Assembly: GCA_035437945.1 (NCBI GenBank)
Contig: DAOMZG010000002.1
Location: 1,020 to 65,019, forward strand
Source: Verrucomicrobiota bacterium
Lineage (GTDB): Bacteria > Verrucomicrobiota > Verrucomicrobiia > Limisphaerales > UBA9464
DNA length: 64,000 bases
Reading direction: 5' to 3'
Positions 57,103 through 64,000 of this stretch are shown here, piece by piece. Numbering within the stretch: position 1 is the first letter of the stretch; each line of letters opens with the position of its first letter. The translations under genes were made by a program, and so were the position numbers. Below the pieces are notes generated by a model that saw only the letters and a list, made by a program, of their open reading frames with translations, was not told the origin of the DNA and ran no database searches.

Positions 57103-58026
57103 CTATCCGCCTCTTTGCCGCAAGAGAAAGTCCCTGACTTCTTCAATGCTGAAGGCCGGCACGCGTCGATGGAGTACTGCGTGGCAGTTTGGACACACCG
57201 GACGCAAGTCCCCGACTGGATCGACCTCGTGAGAGCTGCCGAGTTCGGATAGCGGGCGAAGATGATGAACGTGAATGAGGCCCTCGGCCACCGAACCGAA
57301 GGCCGTCCCGAACGAAAATCCGCAGACGACACACGCGCTTCCGTGTTCGGCGATGCAAAGAGCACGAGCCCGGGGATCCCGCTCATAGGCATTGACCGTG
57401 ATCTGATATTGTGCGCCCTCGATCATCGGCTCCGACGAATCAAGTTCGTCGGGAAGCGGGTCAACTCGCAAATCCATCGCCTCCGAATTGAGATAACTTG
57501 GTCGAGGCAACGCTGTCGCGAGGACTCGTTCGACGTGTTCCAAAATCGCTGGTGACCAACTTTGCTTGAACGGTGACATCCGCTTGAACGATGCGGCTGC
57601 TCGAATGTAGCGGTCGTGGGCCTGGCGGACTGCCGGAGGAAGTGATGCGAGCCGAGACGATGGAACAAAACAGCGACCCGACGGAATCGGGACGGCAGGG
57701 TAGAACGGACAGTCAGAAATCTCGATCTCGAATCGCGTTGCTACGTCGGGGGAGTTGGGTGATATCGGCGACTCGAAGAGAAACCAAATACCTTTTGGTT
57801 CGAGAGTGAGGGTTTCTACTTGGCCGACGTTCAATCGGAGCCGGTCTGAAAACATCGTGACCTCCCAACACGAATCGGCAACGGCATGAGCGACCCGGAT
57901 TGAAGCCGACAGATTTTCAGCAACAGCCCACGACACGGCTGGGTCGGGCCAAAGGGACCTAAAGAGGCGCGCCGCACTGCGCTGGTCGTAACGGTCGATT
58001 GTCGGGTTGAATTGTTCCAGTGCCAC
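57103..58026 (-). CDS. HNH endonuclease with an unrecognised roughly 200-aa N-terminal domain (COG3183-like C-terminus)
   Basis: C-terminus: ERDPRARALCIAEHGSACVVCGFSF...LIHVHHLRPLSE...DLRPVCPNCHAVLHRR. Confidence 0.75.
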   Translation of the reverse strand: MALEQFNPTIDRYDQRSAARLFRSLWPDPAVSWAVAENLSASIRVAHAVADSCWEVTMFSDRLRLNVGQVETLTLEPKGIWFLFESPISPNSPDVATRFEIEISDCPFYPAVPIPSGRCFVPSSRLASLPPAVRQAHDRYIRAAASFKRMSPFKQSWSPAILEHVERVLATALPRPSYLNSEAMDLRVDPLPDELDSSEPMIEGAQYQITVNAYERDPRARALCIAEHGSACVVCGFSFGTAFGSVAEGLIHVHHLRPLSELGSSHEVDPVGDLRPVCPNCHAVLHRRVPAFSIEEVRDFLLRQRGG

Positions 58027-58039
58027 GAAGCGACCTCCG

Positions 58040-58519
58040 TTACTTAACCCCGTGCGAAGCTAAGAACTCCATCCACACCGCATCGGGTTCCCAGAGTTGG
58101 CGCATCTCCCGAAGAGCGTTATCACGCGACCAACCCCAACGGCGCACGCCGTAGATCGCCAAGAACGCCGAAACCCGGTAGTTCATCGCGCAATGAACCA
58201 AGAGGGTCTCGTTCGGCCGGACATCCATCGCCTGGCAGAATTCTTCCCAATTCTCTTCGGTCGGAGCCGCGAAGTTCACGGGAATGGGTATGTATTGCAT
58301 TCCCAACCCTTCCACAGTAGCGCGTTCGTTAGGCAGTGCGCCCGTCGAAGTCGGTAGCGCGAGATTGATCACCGTTCGCACTCCCACCAAGGCGACCGAG
58401 GTCATCTGCGCTTCCGTCGGTTGACCCGCGGTTAGAATGCGGTCGGTGACCCGGCGGTAGTTGAGCATTGCCCGAAGCTTTAGGTCGGGGATTTGTTGGT
58501 CGTTCGGTTTTTGAGGCAT
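58040..58519 (-). CDS. DUF442/PTP-like phosphatase-fold protein
   Basis: ILTAGQPTEAQM...VRTVINL and HCAMNYRVS (C-x4-R P-loop as in DUF442). Confidence 0.65.
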   Translation of the reverse strand: MPQKPNDQQIPDLKLRAMLNYRRVTDRILTAGQPTEAQMTSVALVGVRTVINLALPTSTGALPNERATVEGLGMQYIPIPVNFAAPTEENWEEFCQAMDVRPNETLLVHCAMNYRVSAFLAIYGVRRWGWSRDNALREMRQLWEPDAVWMEFLASHGVK

Positions 58520-58543
58520 GGCAAACCAACGCGGAGATTCGGG

Positions 58544-61500
58544 TTATCGCGTGATCGTCTCATTTAGATTAAGCAGCACGTTGGCGACGGCAGTCATCGC
58601 GGCAAGCTCGGGTGAATTGGCGTTCTCAGGTATTTTTGATTCGCCCACCTTGAGCAGTTCGTCGGCCGTCTTGGGGTTGACGCGAAAGTTAGCGAGCTGT
58701 TGGTCGTAAGTCTGTTGCAACACGGCGAGCTCGTCGGATTGAGGCGGACGGCCTAACGTGTGGCGAAAGGCGCACACGAGGCGTTTGTTTAAGTCGCCAG
58801 GTTCCTCCCTCACGACCCGCTGAGCCAGCCCGCGGGCGGCTTCAACAAAAGCGGGATCGTTCATCAACACGAGCGATTGAAGCGGCGTCTGCGTGCGCTG
58901 GCGGAGGAACGTGCAAACCTCGCGATTCGGGGCATCGAACGTCGCGAACGAGGGATAATGCGCCGAGCGCCGCCAAAAAACATAGAGCCCTCGCCGGTAC
59001 AGGAGTTCGCCGTGATCCTGTTCAAACTTCGAGTCGGTGCCGTCCCATAGACCGGGCGGTTGGTAAGGCTTCACACTAGGACCGCCAATCTTCGGGTTGA
59101 GCAATCCGGCAATGGCAAGCGCGTTATCGCGAATCATCTCGGCTTCCAGGCGCACGCGCGGACCGCGGGTGAACAAGCGGTTGTAAGGATCGCGCTCCAG
59201 CATTTCCGGCGTGATTGCGGCCGATTGTCGGTAAGTCGCGCTGGTGACAATGAGGCGTACCAGCGACTTGACGCTCCAGGGCGCCACCATCACCCGGCTT
59301 TCGGCCACCCTCTCCCCTCGCTCAGAGCGAGAGGAGAGGGATCCTCCGTCACGAAACTGCGTCGCCAACCAATCGAGCAATTCAGGATGGCTCGGCCATT
59401 CGCCCTGCGAGCCAAAGTCGTTCGCGGTCTTCACGAGTCCGTTGCCGAAAAACATCGCCCAATAGCGATTCACTGTGACGCGCGCCATCAGGGGGTGCTC
59501 TGGCGAAACTAACCAACGCGCCAAGGCTAGTCGGTTAGTCGGACCGGCCGGAAGCGGAGGCAAGGCCGCTGGCGTACCCGGCGTGAGCCGTTCCCCCTTA
59601 TTCCGAAAATCGCCCCGAACAAGCAGGTAAGTTTCCCGCGGCGGGTCCATCTCTTCCATGATCATCGACGACGGAATCTCGCCATAGAACGCTTCTTTCC
59701 GCTGGCGCGCCTTGGCCAGTGCGGCCTCCGAACGCAGATAGTCCACCGCGTGGTTTTCTTTGTAGTACCGGGCGAGATCGCCGCGTTCTTCGTCGGTCCG
59801 AGTCCCCCGGGACTTGGCGAGGATGGGCAGATAACCCTCCCAAGTGAGTGCCGGCACGTCGGCGCCCACCAATGGCCTGCCATAGAATCGGACGTCGTCC
59901 ACCAGGCCCGTGAACATTGCCTCCCCATTCCGGGAACCGAGGCGTAAAGGCTCCGACGTCGCGAACGAATCCTTGAGCTGGTCCTTCTCGACTTCGACTT
60001 CTCGCAGCCGGCCATTCACGTACAACTGCACGCCCGCGGCCTTGCCCGAACCGTCATAGCTGAAAGCGAGGTGCAACCATTGGTTCTGAGGGAACTGTTC
60101 CTTGGTCTTCACCTTGAGCGCGTCGTCGGGCCAGGCGTGGACGAGATGGACTTGAAGTCTTCGGTCACCGACCAGCAGATCAAAGCCGCGGTACCCAGGA
60201 GACTTTTCCATCTTACTCAAGATGGCCCCGTCGCCTTGCAGCTTCACCCACGCGGAGATGCTGAAGGCGTTGGTGCGGTCGAAGGCGACGAGTTGTCCGA
60301 AGTCGGCGTTGACCTTGCCATCGAACTTGAGGGCCTTGCCCAGACGGGCGTCGGAGAACTCGGGTGCGTTCGTTCCTCGGAACTCTCCCTTCTCATCCAA
60401 CGAACCATCGAACGTCAAACGAGCCAGCAAACCTTCCTCGATTGGTTTCGCGGGCGGGCGCTCGTTGACCTCGCGTTCCCATTTCTCCTGGGTTTCGCCG
60501 AGTTCGTTGATGCGATCCTGAAGAGTCTTCTCCGCGTCCCGGAGAGTGAAGTCTGCCTCGACAAATCGCTGCGCTTGCTCGGGCGTGGGCACCGGTAGCC
60601 GCGGTGGCGGATTGTCGGTGCGAATGCGGTCGAGTCCCTTTTCCGGCACGTTATGAAAGAACGCGTAAAGCCGGTAAAACTCACGCGTCGTCAACGGGTC
60701 ATACTTGTGATCGTGACATTCGGTGCAGCCGACGGTGAGCCCAAGCCACACCGCGCCCAAGGTGTTCACCCGGTCGACGACGTACTTGTTGAGATATTCG
60801 TCGGGATCAGCGCCGCCTTCGTCATTGGTCATGTTGTTTCGGACAAACCCAGTCGCAATGCGCTGACACTGGGTCGCGTTCGGCAACAAGTCGCCGGCCA
60901 GTTGTTCAACGGTGAACTCGTCGTAGGGCTTGTCCTCATTGAAGGCATCAATGACCCAATCGCGCCACAGCCACATGAATCGCACGCCATCGAAATGGTA
61001 ACCGCTCGTGTCGGCATAGCGCGCCAGATCCAACCAGTTTTGGGCCAGCCGCTCGCCGTAATGGGGAGAGGCGAGCAGGCGGTCCACGACGCGTTCGTAG
61101 GCGTCGGAGGAATTGTCGGCGAGAAAGGTGTCCACCTCCTCCACGGTCGGTGGAAGGCCCGTGAGGTCGAAGGTTACGCGCCGCAGCAGCGCCGCCCGGT
61201 CGGCTTCGGGATTCGGCTTAAGGCCATCTTTCTCCAAACGCGCGAGGACGAAAAAATCGATCTCGTTCCGCGGCCACCTTTTGTCTTTCACGGGCGGCAA
61301 AGGCGGACGCTCCGGCGGAATAAAGGACCAGTGCTTCTGCCAATGAGCTCCTTCCTTGACCCAGCGTTCCAACAACGCCGCCTGCTCCGCGGTAATTGGC
61401 TTACCGTGTTTGGGAGGCGGCATGATCTCTTCGGGATCCGTCGAAAAGATTCGCTGCACCAAGGAACTCTTGGCGGCATCGCCTGGCACTAGGGCACGCT

Positions 61501-61777
61501 GGCCCGACTTCAGTTCCTTAAAGGCGTCTGCCTCCACGTCGAGCCGCAGTCCCGCCTTCCGCTTGTTTTCATCCGGTCCGTGGCAGGCGTAGCAGTGGTC
61601 GGAGAAAATCGGCCGGACGTCCCGGTTGAAATCGACCTTCGCGTTCGTCGTCGCCGCCTTTCCAAGCGAGGGAAGGAGTAGCAGCGCACAGATGCTGAAC
61701 GGCCACCCCCGCCAGATTCGGCCACGGCTGACCAAGCGCCCCGGAAGGCAGCGAGCCCGAAACAACCCAGCGAACAT
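58544..61777 (-). CDS. PSCyt / DUF1549 / LamG (concanavalin-A-like) / DUF1553 domain protein
   Basis: RDVRPIFSDHCYACHGPDENKRKAGLRLD; CTECHDHKYDP; LamG block FSISAWVK...WLHLAFSYDGSG...LYVNG...GLVDDVRFYGRPL (about 59858-60430); DUF1553 tail. Confidence 0.9.
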   Translation of the reverse strand: MFAGLFRARCLPGRLVSRGRIWRGWPFSICALLLLPSLGKAATTNAKVDFNRDVRPIFSDHCYACHGPDENKRKAGLRLDVEADAFKELKSGQRALVPGDAAKSSLVQRIFSTDPEEIMPPPKHGKPITAEQAALLERWVKEGAHWQKHWSFIPPERPPLPPVKDKRWPRNEIDFFVLARLEKDGLKPNPEADRAALLRRVTFDLTGLPPTVEEVDTFLADNSSDAYERVVDRLLASPHYGERLAQNWLDLARYADTSGYHFDGVRFMWLWRDWVIDAFNEDKPYDEFTVEQLAGDLLPNATQCQRIATGFVRNNMTNDEGGADPDEYLNKYVVDRVNTLGAVWLGLTVGCTECHDHKYDPLTTREFYRLYAFFHNVPEKGLDRIRTDNPPPRLPVPTPEQAQRFVEADFTLRDAEKTLQDRINELGETQEKWEREVNERPPAKPIEEGLLARLTFDGSLDEKGEFRGTNAPEFSDARLGKALKFDGKVNADFGQLVAFDRTNAFSISAWVKLQGDGAILSKMEKSPGYRGFDLLVGDRRLQVHLVHAWPDDALKVKTKEQFPQNQWLHLAFSYDGSGKAAGVQLYVNGRLREVEVEKDQLKDSFATSEPLRLGSRNGEAMFTGLVDDVRFYGRPLVGADVPALTWEGYLPILAKSRGTRTDEERGDLARYYKENHAVDYLRSEAALAKARQRKEAFYGEIPSSMIMEEMDPPRETYLLVRGDFRNKGERLTPGTPAALPPLPAGPTNRLALARWLVSPEHPLMARVTVNRYWAMFFGNGLVKTANDFGSQGEWPSHPELLDWLATQFRDGGSLSSRSERGERVAESRVMVAPWSVKSLVRLIVTSATYRQSAAITPEMLERDPYNRLFTRGPRVRLEAEMIRDNALAIAGLLNPKIGGPSVKPYQPPGLWDGTDSKFEQDHGELLYRRGLYVFWRRSAHYPSFATFDAPNREVCTFLRQRTQTPLQSLVLMNDPAFVEAARGLAQRVVREEPGDLNKRLVCAFRHTLGRPPQSDELAVLQQTYDQQLANFRVNPKTADELLKVGESKIPENANSPELAAMTAVANVLLNLNETITR
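59308..59340. repeat. 33-nt GC-rich near-perfect palindrome embedded in frame in the PSD-protein CDS
   Basis: CCCTCTCCCCTCGCTC-A-GAGCGAGAGGAGAGGG: 16-nt arms with one mismatch. Encodes SLSSRSERGER on the gene strand. Confidence 0.7.
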
Positions 61778-61889
61778 GCCCGGAGATTGCTCCCGGAGAT
61801 GAGCGCTTTCAATCTCTCATCGAATTCGGAGGCCGTCGTTTCTCTCCTCAGCTAACAACTAGCGGATCGGGTGGGTTTCCCTCGTCGGT

Positions 61890-63032
61890 TTAGCGTGCCT
61901 GGGCACGACGCCAGTGGAGCAGCCCGATCGTCAGCGCTCCGAAGAGGACCGACAGGCGGTTCCCAGTTTCCGGGACCCGATGTCCAATCTCGCCGAATAA
62001 ACCGTGCTCTTCGTCCGATATGCCGGCGGTGAAATAAAGGTCGTCCTCGTCTCCGCCGTTGGCGCCGTTGCCAGCCGTAAGAGCCCACAAACCTTCGATT
62101 TCGATAGGTTTGCCGTCCGGTCCCTTCAAGGAACCGAGGAACTTTCCAGATGACAGGTCGTAAGCGTTGATCCGTCCGTCTCCGAAATTGCCGACCAGTA
62201 AATCGCCTTCGAAAGGCCCAAAATCCTCTGGCCCAATGACCAATCCCCAAGGTGAATTCAGCGCCCCTTGGGAGACGAGCCGCTGCAACAGGTTGCCATT
62301 GAGATCGAACACATCGACAAAACCATGCCCAGCACCCGGAACGTCATCCTTCTGGCCACCGTCCTGAAGGGCGTAGGTTACGTACAGTTTGCCTCCGAGA
62401 TTCTGAATGTTGAAGGGTGCGTAACCAGCGGGAAGCGTTGGGTCGGTGAAGGAACCCGACAGGCTGGCGGGAGCAAAAGCGGTGTCAAAAACGTCAATAC
62501 TCCCTTCCTTGAAGTTAGCCGCGTACAGATGATCGGCTGAGCCATTATTGCCAATGGCGAGGCCCTTATAAAGAGCGGTTCCGCTGTGATCCACTTTGAG
62601 GATCGCCGCGGTCGGGGCCGCGGCCGGATTCCAACCCGAGATGGTCCCATCTTCAGTGGCGAAGAGGAAGCGGGCGGGCAAACCGGGGGCCACCTCGAAG
62701 CCGCTGCCGCCGTTGAAGACGGTGCCCGTTGGGCTCGCAGGTGGAGTTCCGCCACCGGGAGGTGGGATCGAGACGACCAGGGACCGAGGCACGCCCTCGC
62801 CATCATAAAGCGTTGAAACGCCAGTCTTATTGTCCGCGACCCAGAACGGACTCGTCGGCGAGAGGGAGATTCCCCAAGGATTTGAGAGGTTTGGATCGGT
62901 GTGATCCGCTCGACCTGGAATGTCGGACACCAAGTCGTGCTCAATGAAGCTCCGAGCGAGCAGGCTTTTAGGGCAGAAACCGAGAGCCAAAGCTCCGGGT
63001 AGTAGGAAGGAACGAATATATGAGGCTTTCAT
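61890..63032 (-). CDS. TIGR03118-like beta-propeller protein with PEP-CTERM-type anchor
   Basis: LVSDIPGRADHTDPNLSNPWGISLSPTSPFWVADNKTGVSTLY; C-terminal VPETGNRLSVLFGALTIGLLHWRR. Confidence 0.7.
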   Translation of the reverse strand: MKASYIRSFLLPGALALGFCPKSLLARSFIEHDLVSDIPGRADHTDPNLSNPWGISLSPTSPFWVADNKTGVSTLYDGEGVPRSLVVSIPPPGGGTPPASPTGTVFNGGSGFEVAPGLPARFLFATEDGTISGWNPAAAPTAAILKVDHSGTALYKGLAIGNNGSADHLYAANFKEGSIDVFDTAFAPASLSGSFTDPTLPAGYAPFNIQNLGGKLYVTYALQDGGQKDDVPGAGHGFVDVFDLNGNLLQRLVSQGALNSPWGLVIGPEDFGPFEGDLLVGNFGDGRINAYDLSSGKFLGSLKGPDGKPIEIEGLWALTAGNGANGGDEDDLYFTAGISDEEHGLFGEIGHRVPETGNRLSVLFGALTIGLLHWRRAQAR

Positions 63033-63275
63033 AACACTTTGACAAGTTTGGCGCTTCTAATTTGGGCTAATGCCGGACACTCGAATACTTGAGCTGTGGC
63101 CCAAGCAAAGGATGCCCGCAGGGGCCGCTCTCGAACGATTGCAACCGGGTCCAAGGTGAAGCCTTGGTCGCGGCGCCTGGGTCCGACAACGTTCCGCTTT
63201 CGTAGTACGAGGCCTCAACCGTCAATTTGTTCCCAGGGGTCCAAGAAAATGATGGTTCCCAAGTTAAGGGTGGTC

Positions 63276-63698
63276 TCAAAAAACGTTCCGTGCCAGACCA
63301 AAGCCAACCACCAGTCCCGCGAGCGCGGCAATGACCGCCGGGTGGCTCACAGGATTGCGCCACCACCGTCCCGTCCACCATCCGAAAAACCCGCGCACCG
63401 CCATCCATACCACCACCGGCAGAGCCATCACCAATAGGGCGTTGTAGTGAAAGGCTTGTTCCCAGTGTCCATTCAGCAACGCGTGGAGCGCTCGAGTCGC
63501 GCCGCAGCCTGGGCATTGCAGGCCGGTCATCTGGTGCAACCAGCAGCGCGGGAAGAAAATCTGGCCGGCCGGCTGGACCGTTTTAACCAGCCAGAGAACT
63601 CCCAGCCCCGCCATCCCCACTGGCCAAATCCAGCCGGGGATTCGACGGCGGATCGGATCGGGCTCGATCTTCGGAGGATGGGCGGCCACCGGGCTCAT
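63276..63698 (-). CDS. DUF2752 domain membrane protein
   Basis: FFPRCWLHQMTGLQCPGCGATRA is the DUF2752 signature. Confidence 0.75.
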   Translation of the reverse strand: MSPVAAHPPKIEPDPIRRRIPGWIWPVGMAGLGVLWLVKTVQPAGQIFFPRCWLHQMTGLQCPGCGATRALHALLNGHWEQAFHYNALLVMALPVVVWMAVRGFFGWWTGRWWRNPVSHPAVIAALAGLVVGFGLARNVF

Positions 63699-63699
63699 G

Positions 63700-63954
63700 C
63701 TACCGAAAGGCTGATTTCACTTCGCGCCGATTCAAAACGATCGCTGCCCAAATACCGAAGGGGATTCCGAGGCAGCAACACGTGCAGGGCAGCATGGCAA
63801 TAATCGCCGCGGCGAGCGCCAAGCCCCAGTTTTCCAGCCGCTGCATCGACAGGGCGCCGACGATCAGGACACCGTAAAGAATCACCCCCATGCCGAGGTT
63901 TAGAAAATCGCGGACGCCCAGACCACGATCACGTTCCGCCTGGAGCTGATCCAT
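63700..63954 (-). CDS. Small two-TM membrane protein with a Cys cluster (CD225/dispanin-like?)
   Basis: The 84-aa protein contains the segment IIAMLPCTCCCLGIPFGIWAAIVL. Its stop lies 1 nt from the DUF2752 start. Confidence 0.4.
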   Translation of the reverse strand: MDQLQAERDRGLGVRDFLNLGMGVILYGVLIVGALSMQRLENWGLALAAAIIAMLPCTCCCLGIPFGIWAAIVLNRREVKSAFR

Positions 63955-64000
63955 GACCTCAGGGGGAAATGCAGCGCCAGAGTTTTGTGCGAATTGGATG

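Overview
This is a 64-kb chromosomal segment, GC-rich by eye (single 60-nt lines hand-count up to about 67% G+C), densely coding on both strands. Gene content points to a PVC-superphylum bacterium, most likely Verrucomicrobiota. The markers are two giant PSCyt/DUF1549/DUF1553 proteins, a DUF1501 partner, a PVC-type heme-binding CxxCH dehydrogenase-like protein, an H-X9-DG pseudopilin, and three PEP-CTERM cargo proteins plus one fossil PEP-CTERM motif.

Housekeeping content:
- sucC/sucD and citrate synthase
- a split phosphotransacetylase
- the 3' part of a glutaminase-STAS-cNMP fusion
- HtrA, an FKBP isomerase, TatD, an MFS sugar porter, and one tRNA with a CAU anticodon

Accessory or unusual content:
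- a vapBC module
- a minimal tusDCB/dsrEFH-like operon
- an AT-richer island carrying a roughly 940-codon beta-helix/Calx-beta reading frame interrupted by a single in-frame TGA
- a GTGA-coupled pair ending in a nucleotidyltransferase-fold protein
- a solitary HNH nuclease at the end of a PSD-protein operon
- an mcsA-mcsB protein-arginine-kinase pair

The observation I rate highest is a tandem partial duplication of the mcsA 5' end together with its upstream region. It creates an untracked 58-codon zinc-ribbon ORF that looks selectively maintained.

Several small repeat or hairpin families are visible: CCATTCGTGGTT inverted repeats between co-directional genes, an 18+11-nt motif downstream of two PVC genes, and a 33-nt palindrome embedded in frame in a CDS.

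I saw no CRISPR array, rRNA, transposase or integrase. All functional calls rest on motif and family recognition by eye. No searches were run, so start codons and family names are provisional.
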